Shown: piece after piece, positions 19,324 to 29,320 of the stretch | How positions within the stretch are numbered: the first letter of the stretch is position 1 | Layout of the letters: each line of letters opens with the position of its first letter | Made by a program: the position numbers and the translations under genes | Assembly: GCA_963663275.1 (NCBI GenBank) | Contig: OY760183.1 | Coordinates: forward strand, 2,912,001-2,976,000 | Length of the DNA stretch: 64,000 nucleotides | Direction: 5' to 3' | From: Chloroflexota bacterium | GTDB lineage: Bacteria > Chloroflexota > UBA11872 > VXOZ01 | The notes under the pieces: model-generated | What the model was told of the DNA's origin: nothing | Database searches by the model: none | Seen by the model: only the letters and a program-made list of their open reading frames with translations

Positions 19324-20751
19324 ATGCCCAAAGACCGCATGTTGAGCGTCGAGCAAGCCTTCGCCCGCATCGTCTCCCAGTTTGGCGCGCTTGAAGTGGA
19401 GACCGTACCGCTGCCGGACGCGCTCGGGCGCGTGCTCGCCGAGGACGTGGTGAGCGCGGAGGACGTGCCGGCGTTCGATAACTCGGCGATGGACGGCTAC
19501 GCCGTGCGCTTCGCCGACACCCAGGCCGCAAGTGAAAGTCAGCCCACTAAACTGAACGTGGTTGGCGACCTGGCGGCGGGCGCGGTTCCCGCAGAGCCGT
19601 TGGGGTCCGGCGAGGCCGTGCGCATCATGACCGGCGCGCCCGTGCCCCCCGGCAGCGACGCCGTCGTCCCGTTCGAGGATACCGACCGCACCGATTGGGC
19701 AAAGTTCGGCACGCCGCCCGGCGCCAGCGGCGACCCCGCCGTCGTCGGCATTCTGCTGCCGCCGGAGCATTATGACAACGTGCGTTTCCGCGGGGAAGAC
19801 ATCAAGACCGGCGAGACTGTGCTGGCGCGGGGGCAGCGGGTCCGGCCGGCGGAAGTCGGCGTGCTGGCGTCCCTGGGCAAGACGCGGGCAACAGTCTACC
19901 GGCGGCCGGTGGTGGCCGTGATTCCCACCGGCGACGAGGTCATCGAAATCGACCAGCCCCTGGGGCCGGGGCAGGTGCGCAACAGCGCGGCTCATGCGTT
20001 GGAGGCGCTGGTCGTCCGTTACGGCGGCATCCCGCGCCGGCTGCCGGTGGTGGGCGACACCGTGGCGGCAACCCGCGCGGCGCTGCTCTCCTGCCTGGAT
20101 TGCGACCTCATCGTCACCATCGGCGGCGTCTCCATGGGCGATTACGACCTGGTGCGCAACGTGCTCGGCGCGGAGGGCGAAATCGACTTCTGGCGCATCC
20201 GCATGAGACCCGGCAAACCCCTCGCCTTCGGCCACATAGAGGCAGCCCAATCTTCCCCCTCACCCCAACCCTCTCCCCCAGGAGAGGGAGCAAAACCCGC
20301 CCACTCCGACTCTTCCCCCTCTCCCTGGGGAGAGGGCCGGGGTGAGGGGGAAAACGCCGCCCAGTCGCCCACGCACCCATCGCCCAATGCCCCCCGCCGC
20401 GTGCCCGTCGTCGGCCTGCCCGGCAATCCCGTCTCCGCGTATGTCACCTTCGAAGAATTCGTCCGCCCGGCGCTGCTCGTCATGCAGGGGGACGAACGGT
20501 TGCACAAGACCACCGTCAGCGCGCGTTTCCTGGACAGCATGGAGAACCACGGGCGCCGCCAGTTCGTGCGCGTCATCGTCGAGCGCGACGACCATGGGTA
20601 CACCGCGCGGCTCACCGGCGAGCAGGGGTCGCAGTTGCTCACCTCGCTGGCCCGGGCCAACGGCCTCGCCGTCATCTCCGAGCACGTGGAGTATGTCGAG
20701 CCGGGCAGCAGCGTCACCGTGCAGATGCTCGATTGGCCCGAGGAGCGTTGA
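19324..20751 (+). CDS. moeA: Molybdopterin molybdenumtransferase with an in-frame REP-derived insert
   Basis: GRVLAED, NSAMDGYAV, RIMTGAP, TGDE, GGVSMGDYD, RPGKP and GLPGNP. Confidence 0.93.
   Translation: MPKDRMLSVEQAFARIVSQFGALEVETVPLPDALGRVLAEDVVSAEDVPAFDNSAMDGYAVRFADTQAASESQPTKLNVVGDLAAGAVPAEPLGSGEAVRIMTGAPVPPGSDAVVPFEDTDRTDWAKFGTPPGASGDPAVVGILLPPEHYDNVRFRGEDIKTGETVLARGQRVRPAEVGVLASLGKTRATVYRRPVVAVIPTGDEVIEIDQPLGPGQVRNSAAHALEALVVRYGGIPRRLPVVGDTVAATRAALLSCLDCDLIVTIGGVSMGDYDLVRNVLGAEGEIDFWRIRMRPGKPLAFGHIEAAQSSPSPQPSPPGEGAKPAHSDSSPSPWGEGRGEGENAAQSPTHPSPNAPRRVPVVGLPGNPVSAYVTFEEFVRPALLVMQGDERLHKTTVSARFLDSMENHGRRQFVRVIVERDDHGYTARLTGEQGSQLLTSLARANGLAVISEHVEYVEPGSSVTVQMLDWPEER
20253..20352. repeat. 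Inverted REP pair (REPIN-like) inside moeA
   Basis: Two ccctctccc...ggagaggg palindromes in opposite orientation; 33 bp are identical to the intergenic copy at 32935-32967. Confidence 0.9.
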
Positions 20752-20865
20752 CCCGCCGCCGCGCCGTTGCCGCCCGCCCGCGCGTCTGCTACACTTGAGC
20801 CAGCGGAGCGCCGCCGGCGTAGCGCGTTCCGGCCGCATCCTTCCGCACGGCAGAGGAGGCCGCAC

Positions 20866-21027
20866 ATGCTCATCCAGTGGATGGAAACCCTCAGCGCCGC
20901 CGACACCGTGCTCCTCTTTGCTTCGCTCATCGCCATCTTCCTCATGCTCGCCATCCCCTTCACCCTCCTCTTCTCCGTCGCCATCGTCGACGAAATCCTC
21001 TCCAACCGGTTCGACAGCTTGGACTAG
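20866..21027 (+). CDS. Small (53 aa) hydrophobic membrane protein
   Basis: Strong RBS gaggagg, host-like codon usage and one long hydrophobic helix. Confidence 0.55.
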   Translation: MLIQWMETLSAADTVLLFASLIAIFLMLAIPFTLLFSVAIVDEILSNRFDSLD

Positions 21028-21093
21028 CGTTGCCGGCGGTGGTGGCTGATGACGTTTCTCTTTCCCTAGCGTGGCCTCATCCCCGTAGATATT

Positions 21094-22350
21094 ATGGGCA
21101 CTCCGAACTGGGCTAACCGCACCATCTTCACCGGCGATAATCTCGACATCATGCGCGGCATGAATAGCGAGACCGTTGACCTCATCTACCTTGACCCGCC
21201 TTTCAACTCCAACCGCAACTACGCCGCGCCGGTAGGTTCCAAAGCAGCAGGCGCGGCCTTCAAGGATACGTGGACCCTATCCGATCTAGACGTGGCGTGG
21301 ATGGGTCTCATAGCCGACCAAGAACCAGCTATCTACAAGCTATTGGATGCGGCTCGACTGACTCACGGCAAGGGGATGCAATCGTACCTCTGCATGATGG
21401 CAGTGAGGTTGCTGGAGATACGCCGCCTACTGAAACCTACGGGAAGTATCTACCTTCATTGCGATCCAACGGCGAGCCATTACTTGAAGTTGCTGATGGA
21501 TGCGATATTCGGACGTGACAATTTCAGAAATGAAATCATCTGGCACTTTCCCGACAATTTTCAAGGCAATGTAAAGCGGTTTGCTTCAAACTCGAACACT
21601 ATATTCTTCTATGCCGGCGATGGTTTCACGTTCAATCACGTGCGAATCCCCCTTGACAAGCCAAAGAAACGTGGAGGGCGTGTTTGGAGCAAAGAGTTGG
21701 GGCGGGTCGTACCTGAGCGTGACGCCGATGGGAAGCCAGTCTACCGAACATACACTACCAAGAAAGCGGATAATGTATGGACCATTGGTCAATCTTCGGT
21801 TACTAATCGCGGTTCTAAAGAGCGCACCGGGTATCCCACCCAGAAACCCCAAAGAATACTCGAACGCATTGTCGAAGCCAGTAGCAACGAGGGTGACATG
21901 GTACTTGACCCATTCGCGGGATGCGCTACCGCGTGCGTAGCTGCGGAACAGCTAGGTCGGCAATGGGTAGGGATCGATCTCTCGCCAAAAGCCGTAGAAC
22001 TGGTCAACCTTCGCTTGAAGGAAACGCTTGGCAGTCTATATCACTATGGCTTCGTAACTTCGCGTGAAGACATACCGCAGCGCACGGACATCGACGCGCC
22101 CATCCACTACCGCCAGAACAAGCACGTGCTATTCGGCCAGCAAGAGGGTGTCTGCAACGGCTGCAAGATGGACTTCCCGTACAAGATATTCGACGTCGAC
22201 CACGTGGTCCCAAAGTCCCGAGGCGGCTCCGACCACATCGACAACCTGCAACTGCTCTGCTCCTCGTGCAACCGCATCAAGGGCGATCGGCCAATGGAGT
22301 ACCTGATAGCACAACTGGCCCAAGTCACCGAACCCGCCGCTTACCGATGA
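21094..22350 (+). CDS. Beta-class N4/N6 DNA methyltransferase fused to a C-terminal HNH endonuclease
   Basis: LIYLDPPF, GYPTQKP and VLDPFAGCAT, then CNGC...DVDHVVPKSRGGSDHIDNLQLLCSSCNRIKG. Confidence 0.9.
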   Translation: MGTPNWANRTIFTGDNLDIMRGMNSETVDLIYLDPPFNSNRNYAAPVGSKAAGAAFKDTWTLSDLDVAWMGLIADQEPAIYKLLDAARLTHGKGMQSYLCMMAVRLLEIRRLLKPTGSIYLHCDPTASHYLKLLMDAIFGRDNFRNEIIWHFPDNFQGNVKRFASNSNTIFFYAGDGFTFNHVRIPLDKPKKRGGRVWSKELGRVVPERDADGKPVYRTYTTKKADNVWTIGQSSVTNRGSKERTGYPTQKPQRILERIVEASSNEGDMVLDPFAGCATACVAAEQLGRQWVGIDLSPKAVELVNLRLKETLGSLYHYGFVTSREDIPQRTDIDAPIHYRQNKHVLFGQQEGVCNGCKMDFPYKIFDVDHVVPKSRGGSDHIDNLQLLCSSCNRIKGDRPMEYLIAQLAQVTEPAAYR

Positions 22351-22508
22351 TCGTGTCTGCCGAGAAGGCACTTCGCGACCACTTTGTACTTACCCGGATG
22401 CTCATTGTGCCTTGATTGGACAATTTCTTCCCTAATCATAGCCATCCACGGCCCAGATTACCGCAAAGGGCCACTAACGGTTAGAGTAGCAGTATTGAGT
22501 CTCATAAC

Positions 22509-24989
22509 TCACTCTTTGACCGGGTCGCCAAACTCCTCAAGGTGCTTCTCTAGCTTAGCTGCAAGCTTTGCATCGCCGTCCTTCTTGGCTAGATTCAAGG
22601 CATGTGTGATGTCCTGAATCGCTTCTTCCTTTCTATTCAAATCAGCTTTAGCCGAGCCTCGATTGGCGTACGTAGCAGCAATACCAGGCTGTAAACGGAT
22701 TGACTGATCATAGTCAGCGATTGCACTCTCGTGCTGGCCTAGAGCCGCCCTAGCATTCCCCCGATTAATGTAAGCTAACGCATAGGTTGGATCGATGTGA
22801 ATCGCCTTGTCATAGTCTGAAACAGCGCACTTGTGTCTGCCAAGTCTCTGTTTTGAGTTGCCTCGATTGACGTAGGCTTTGACATAATCAGACTTGATTT
22901 CAATCGCACGGTCGTAGTCGTCGATAGCTTCAAGAGTTCTGCCCAGTCTTTGTTTTGACAGCCCTCTTTCATAATGGGCTTCTGCCGAATTCTGATCTTG
23001 CCGAATCGCCCGGTCATAATCCCGAATGGCTTCTTCACTTCTACCGAGGTCGCACTTCACATTGCCACGACCGATTAGGGCTTTGAGCGATTTTGGTCGA
23101 ATCTGAAGCGCTAAATCATAGTCTGCCAGTGCTTTCCCGTACTCTTGAAGCTGGTGGTATGAATCACCGCGAGCAGTATGTGCCTCAACAAACTTCGGTC
23201 TCACGCGAATTGCTTGGTCATAAGCGTCAACTGCCTTGAGAATCCAGGCTTTTCTATCTTGTTTCGTTCCTCTAGATTGAAAAAGAGTTCCAACTGAATA
23301 CCAAGCGAAACTGGCAAGTTCAGCATCAGAGCCTTCCGCCATTACTGCGACAGAGCGCCACTTTTCCATGGCGTCTTCGAGTTCACCTCGCTTCAGGAGT
23401 GAGAGTCCTTCAGCAAGGGCAAGAACCATTAGTAACTTGTCACTTTGTCCTGCTGACTTTGCACTGCCTTGCTCGACTCTCTCTTTTCGCTTTTCCAAAT
23501 GTGCGTACGCTAAAGACCAGTCTGATGAGAATTCAAATCCTGGTATATCTTCCTCCTTCATCTGTCTCTGCTGACAATCATTCTCCATGGCCCTTAACTC
23601 TCGAATCTTCCTCTCGATCGCAGGTTCGAGGCTATTACTTCCGGACTCCTCTAGTAAGTCTAGTGCAGTCTCAAAGTCCGAATGCGCCCCTTCGGTCCAG
23701 TTCAGTGCTGCCTTTGAAATACCACGATTATAGTAAGCAATAGCAAAATCGGGCCTTAGACGGATTGTCCGATCATAGTCAGCAATAGCCTCCTCATACA
23801 ATTCAAGATCCGCCTTCGCTACACCGCGATTCGCGAATGCAGCAACAAACTCAGGGCTCATCTCAATTGCACGGTCGTAGTCGGCAATTGCTTCCCTGGT
23901 TCGACCAAGACCAGTCTTTGTAACTCCCCGATTGATGTAGGCCTCAACGAAGCCCGGACGGAGACGAATCGCTTGATCATAGTCTTCGATGGCCTCCTCA
24001 TCCAGACCAATTCGGCGTTTTGCCAGCCCGCGACTGTAGAAAGCTTCAGCTAGATCAGGCCTAAGACCAATTGCCGTAGTATGGTCAGAGATAGCGTCCT
24101 GATATCGACCAAGTTCGCCCTTTGCATTGCCGCGTGAGAGGTATGCTTCTGCAAACTCTGGCATCAGACGAATTGCATGTCCATAGGCATCAAGCGCCTT
24201 TTGCAAACTCCTATGTCCAACCCCTCCTAAGTTTCCTTTGTGATGGAGATATCCATGTGAGAACCATGCACGAGCGGCAATGTCGTTATCACTACCTTCT
24301 GTGACTATTGCAATAGAGTGCCACTTCTCCGCAGCCGCATTGAGGTCTTTGCTCTTCTGGAGCAAGACTGCCTCAAATACGGCACGGTCTATTGGGGACA
24401 CCTCGCTTGCGGCGTCTGAATCTTCCATGTCTAATTTGGCTTCATCTAGGCTTCGCAGGAGTGTATCTATATCGGTAGGCTGACCACCTAGGAAATCCGT
24501 GACACTCGTTAGAGACTCGCTCTTCTCTCTTCGATTCTGCAAAGTCTTCCCAAGCTCGGCTTCAATGTCACCAACATCGAACAGAACTGAGAATATCCAC
24601 AACGCAGCTTTTCTTGCAGTATTGATTACACTCCATTCAGGAATTCCCTGGGTACCACTATGGTATTGATCATTCCGCTGATCATGCACCCAGAGTATAT
24701 GGGCATCAGGCACTTCCCAGTCGATGCCACGACTCTTGATCTCGGATTCGAGAAAGCAAAGCTTAGAGTGATAGTCTCTAAGCCAATTTCCAACACATTG
24801 CTTTGGATATGTACGTCCTCCACGATGAGGAGGCTTGAGGTTTAGATACGTTGCAATTGTGGCTTCAATCGCGTTGTCAAAACTGATGAGGGCCATACCC
24901 CTATCAGAATCCTCACCATCCCGAAAGTGACCTTCCGCATGAACTATCAACTCGAAAGGGCGTCTAGCCCAGGGTGGAACACTGTTCAT
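22509..24989 (-). CDS. HEPN-like domain plus duplicated TPR-repeat protein
   Basis: N-terminal helical domain with RNDQYH (Rx4H); about 13 TPRs (AYxNRG...A..DYD.AI) in two blocks; visibly lower GC. Confidence 0.8.
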   Translation of the reverse strand: MNSVPPWARRPFELIVHAEGHFRDGEDSDRGMALISFDNAIEATIATYLNLKPPHRGGRTYPKQCVGNWLRDYHSKLCFLESEIKSRGIDWEVPDAHILWVHDQRNDQYHSGTQGIPEWSVINTARKAALWIFSVLFDVGDIEAELGKTLQNRREKSESLTSVTDFLGGQPTDIDTLLRSLDEAKLDMEDSDAASEVSPIDRAVFEAVLLQKSKDLNAAAEKWHSIAIVTEGSDNDIAARAWFSHGYLHHKGNLGGVGHRSLQKALDAYGHAIRLMPEFAEAYLSRGNAKGELGRYQDAISDHTTAIGLRPDLAEAFYSRGLAKRRIGLDEEAIEDYDQAIRLRPGFVEAYINRGVTKTGLGRTREAIADYDRAIEMSPEFVAAFANRGVAKADLELYEEAIADYDRTIRLRPDFAIAYYNRGISKAALNWTEGAHSDFETALDLLEESGSNSLEPAIERKIRELRAMENDCQQRQMKEEDIPGFEFSSDWSLAYAHLEKRKERVEQGSAKSAGQSDKLLMVLALAEGLSLLKRGELEDAMEKWRSVAVMAEGSDAELASFAWYSVGTLFQSRGTKQDRKAWILKAVDAYDQAIRVRPKFVEAHTARGDSYHQLQEYGKALADYDLALQIRPKSLKALIGRGNVKCDLGRSEEAIRDYDRAIRQDQNSAEAHYERGLSKQRLGRTLEAIDDYDRAIEIKSDYVKAYVNRGNSKQRLGRHKCAVSDYDKAIHIDPTYALAYINRGNARAALGQHESAIADYDQSIRLQPGIAATYANRGSAKADLNRKEEAIQDITHALNLAKKDGDAKLAAKLEKHLEEFGDPVKE

Positions 24990-25126
24990 TTGCCTACCTT
25001 ACTTAGCTCAATCAACGCTCTATAGCTGCAAGACCCAACTTGGAGATTAAGTTTACAGTATATCACTCCTAATGGATTACAAAATCCGCCCACTCTCATG
25101 CGAGGGGCATCCAACCCCAAGAGTAG

Positions 25127-25171
25127 CCACGGAGCGATGCTGAAAGAGAGACCATCAGCATCGCTCCGTGG
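25127..25171. terminator. 17-bp stem hairpin, probable terminator
   Basis: ccacggagcgatgctga-N11-tcagcatcgctccgtgg downstream of the gene fragment. Confidence 0.6.
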
Positions 25172-25192
25172 TATGACGAATGACACTGCGCC

Positions 25193-25390
25193 TTACTGAT
25201 CCGTCCGATACACATACCGCACGTCCCACAGGCCGTAGAGGGTCGGCGTGGTGTTGCCGAAGACGTTGCGGGTGGCGGTGAGGCGTTCGGATTGGGTGGT
25301 GTAGATGACGGGGACATAGTCGGCGGCGATGGCTTGGGCTTGGTGGTAGAGGGCGACGCGGGTGGCGTGGTCGAGTTCCTGGCGCGGGAC
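25193..25390 (-). pseudogene. 3' remnant of a family-5 ABC substrate-binding protein
   Basis: RQELDHATRVALYHQAQAIAADYVPVIY...LWDVRYVY is a typical SBP_5 C-terminus; there is no 5' part, and it abuts the permease stop. Confidence 0.75.
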
Positions 25391-25392
25391 GT

Positions 25393-26183
25393 TCACTTGA
25401 CCAGGCGGCGGTGCATGAGGGCGGTGGCGATGGGCAGCAGCACGGCGCTCAGGGCCAAGACGTAGAGCACGGAAAACAGGTGCGTGACGTCCAGTTCTCC
25501 GGTCACGAAGCCCCGCGCCAGGTGCACGGAAGGCGTGAGCGGCGCGGCCCAGGCCAGCGGCTCCACCCAATCGGGCATGGCGGAGATCGGGAAGAACGCG
25601 CCGCTGAAGAAGTACATCGGGCTTGCCACCACGGTGAAGGTGAGCGAGAGGATGTGCACGTTCGGCGAAAGCGCGGCAAAGATGAGGCCCAACGCCCCAA
25701 ACTGCATGCCAACCAGCGCCGCCGCCAGCAGGACTCCCACGCCGGAGATGGAGTCAATCCAGCCAAACGCCGCCGCCACCGTCCCGATGCACGCCGCCGT
25801 GAGCGCCGTCCGGGTCATGGACCAGGATATGTCGCCCATAGCCAGTTCGCGGGTGCTCACCGGCGCGGTCAGCGTGGTCTCGTAGACGCCCTTCTGAATG
25901 CGCATGAACCCGCCCCACGCGCACTCGAAGACGGCATGGAACATTGCCGAGCCGATGATGACGCCGGGGGTGATGAACCGCGCATAGGGCACACCATTGA
26001 CGTCATTCACCAGCGTGCCGACACCGATGCCGATGGCGATGAGAATGACGAACGGCTCCACGAAATACCAGGATAGGGACGTAAGCAAGTTGCGCCGCAG
26101 CACCAGGGCGTGCCGGAGCCAGATGCCGGTGATGCTGCGCAGCCTGACGCCGCCCAGGTATGTGCTTCTTGCCGCGGCTGCCA

Positions 26184-26184
<1 letters not shown>
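25393..26184 (-). CDS. ABC-2 type permease (NodJ-like)
   Basis: YARFITPG, TAPVS, FFSGAFFP and PLT motifs; six TM helices. Confidence 0.88.
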
Positions 26185-27119
<935 letters not shown>

Positions 27120-27225
27120 TCCTCAGCACCGGTCGTGCCAGCGTCAGCCATCCCCAGCCGCCTGCGCCTGCCAAACCAAAACCGAATAGCGGAAGATGCC
27201 GCACTGACACCGCTCGCAAAGGCTC

Positions 27226-27301
27226 TGGCACGCCTGGAGGGATTCGAACCCCCGACCCTCGGTTCCGAAGACCGATGCTCTGTCCACTGAGCTACAGGCG
27301 C
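27226..27301 (-). tRNA. tRNA-Arg(UCG)
   Basis: 76-nt cloverleaf GCGCCTG...TCGGT-CTTCGGA-ACCGA...GGTTCGAATCC...CAGGCGTGCCA. Confidence 0.96.
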
Positions 27302-27343
27302 AAGCGCGTACTTCGCTTCAGGAGCAAAAGAACTGCCTGCTTA

Positions 27344-27352
27344 ATTATAGCA
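27344..27352 (-). promoter_or_regulatory. Extended -10 element (TGcTATAAT) for the tRNA
   Basis: Consensus match about 43 nt upstream of the mature tRNA. Confidence 0.65.
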
Positions 27353-27482
27353 GGCGAGCGCGCGCGTTCCGTCACAAAAGGCTGGGCGTAAGACGAAGAC
27401 TGCGGGAGTAATTCCAATACGCCCCGGTGCGCCGCGGTTTGCGGAAGAATCTCCGTGCCGGTTCAGGATGGCGCGCCCTAAG

Positions 27483-27793
27483 GAGACCTTTGCGTGACCC
27501 CTTCCCCATCGAGGGCTGACAGGGGTAGGCACGTGTCATTCCGAGCGGAGCGTCGAACAGGGTTCGCGGAATCTAGAACCGACGTTCTTGCAGGGAAAGC
27601 CTTAGATTCCTCTCTCCGCTGCGCTCCGCTCGGAATGACACGTGAAGTCGGATGTAGAATGCCTACCCCTGTCAGCCCATCAAGGGGAAAGGTTGGGATG
27701 GGGTTGAAGAGGCTTGAAACTTCAATGGTTCTAATTGTAAGTGCGCTCTGGATTCCGGTTTTCACCGGAATGACGGAGTTATGCAAAGGGCTC
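27483..27793 (-). mobile_element. 140-bp MITE carrying a nested 166-bp MITE
   Basis: 311 bp minus (166+5) equals 140 bp; it is the reverse complement of the 47343 copy. Confidence 0.88.
27513..27678. mobile_element. 166-bp MITE (19-bp TIR gggctgacaggggtaggca)
   Basis: Perfect TIRs; flanks ATCGA/ATCAA; internal inverted pair gtcattccgagcg...cgctcggaatgac. Confidence 0.85.
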
Positions 27794-29080
27794 CTACGGT
27801 CGGTTAACGGTGCCGTCGGCCCGGCGCAGCGGGGCCCAGCCGCCGCCATACGGCATTTCCGGCAAGGGGAAACGCGCCGCCAGTTCTTCATCGAGCTCCA
27901 CGCCGAGGCCGGGGCGCTCGTTCGACCACATCGCGCCGTCGCGAATCTCAGGCGTGCCGGGAAAAACATCCTGCGCGGCCTGGTTGAACACGTGCTGTTC
28001 CTGAATGCCAAAGTTGTGGCAGGCAAAATCCAGATGCATGTTGGCCGCGTGCCCCACCGGCGAAACGTCGGCCGGGCCGTGCCATGCCGTGCGCACGCCG
28101 TAGAATTCGCAGAACGCGGCCAGCTTGCGGGCTACCGATATGCCGCCAATATCGGAGATATGGACGCGGATGAAGTCGATCAGCCGTTCCTGAATCAGCG
28201 GCACGTACTCGGCCTGGTTGACGAAGAGTTCGCCCATGGCGATTGGGGTAGTGGTCTGCTGGCGCATGATGCGAAAGTAGCCGTTATCCTCCGGCGCGAG
28301 CGGATCTTCCAGGAAGAAGAGATGGTACGGCTCAAGCGCTTTCGCCAGGCCAAGCGCCTGCACGGGCGGTATGCGCTCGTGCACGTCGTGGAGCAGTTCC
28401 ACGCTATCGCCCAATTGGTTGCGCAGGTGCTCGAAGAGCCTCGGCACCTGCCGGACGTACGGCGTTGGTTCCCACGCGCCCTCTAAAGCGCCGTGATCCA
28501 CTCCGAGCGCTTCGTCATCCGGGTTGCCGGCATGACCGCCTTGGCCGCCCGGGTCGCCTTGGGTCGAGCGCCGCCAACCGGTGGCGTTGCTGCCGGCGCT
28601 GTAGTTCGCCAGTCCCGGCTCCGAAATCGAACACTTCACGTAGCGATATCCCTGTTCCATCAATCCGCGCACGGACTCTTCTGCCGCGTGCACGTCTTTG
28701 CCGCCGCCGGCGGCATAGAGCGGGATATACTCCCGGCACTTGCCGCCAAAGAGTTGGTGCAGGGGCAGGTTGGCGCACTTGCCTTTTATGTCCCACAGCG
28801 CCGCATCCACACCCGCCAAGGCGTTATTCAGCACCGGGCCGCTGCGCCAGTAGGAACTCACGTAGGCCGATTGCCAGATGTCCTCGATGGCGGCCGGGTC
28901 TTTGCCGACGAGGAAAGGGCGCAAGTATTCGTTTACGGCAGTGACAACGGTCAGTGGGCGCTGCCTGAACGTGGCACAGCCCAAGCCGTGGAGGCCGGGC
29001 GTGCTCGTCTCGATTTTGACGACGACGAGGGCAAGGCCCGCCGGCGCGGTGCAAATGGCGCGTACGTCGGTAATGCGCAT
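27794..29080 (-). CDS. Enolase-superfamily sugar-acid dehydratase (ManD/RspA-like)
   Basis: YWRSGPVLNNA, ALWDIKGK, LLHDVHER, FFLEDP, MGELF, WHGP and IQE. Confidence 0.9.
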   Translation of the reverse strand: MRITDVRAICTAPAGLALVVVKIETSTPGLHGLGCATFRQRPLTVVTAVNEYLRPFLVGKDPAAIEDIWQSAYVSSYWRSGPVLNNALAGVDAALWDIKGKCANLPLHQLFGGKCREYIPLYAAGGGKDVHAAEESVRGLMEQGYRYVKCSISEPGLANYSAGSNATGWRRSTQGDPGGQGGHAGNPDDEALGVDHGALEGAWEPTPYVRQVPRLFEHLRNQLGDSVELLHDVHERIPPVQALGLAKALEPYHLFFLEDPLAPEDNGYFRIMRQQTTTPIAMGELFVNQAEYVPLIQERLIDFIRVHISDIGGISVARKLAAFCEFYGVRTAWHGPADVSPVGHAANMHLDFACHNFGIQEQHVFNQAAQDVFPGTPEIRDGAMWSNERPGLGVELDEELAARFPLPEMPYGGGWAPLRRADGTVNRP

Positions 29081-29148
29081 AGAATTCGTCTCCTCGGTGG
29101 GTTATTCACGATTTTCGCGGTAGAACGCGGACCGGTTTCCTCCACTCA

Positions 29149-29320
29149 GAACCTGTTTATGATCGTCTTGTCTGCATTGAGGAACGTTCGCCCTGAGCTT
29201 GTCGAAGGGTGAATGGAACCGTCGCACGTTGGCAAGCCACCGTTCATGCTTCGACAGGCTCAGCACGAACGGTTTACATCGGCTTTGCAAACTCCCTCTA
29301 AGCAGATAGTAAACAGGTTC
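29149..29320. mobile_element. 172-bp MITE (TIR gaacctgttta), IS5-like
   Basis: Flanks TCA/TTA; internal inverted REP pair; homologous copy at 49539. Confidence 0.85.
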
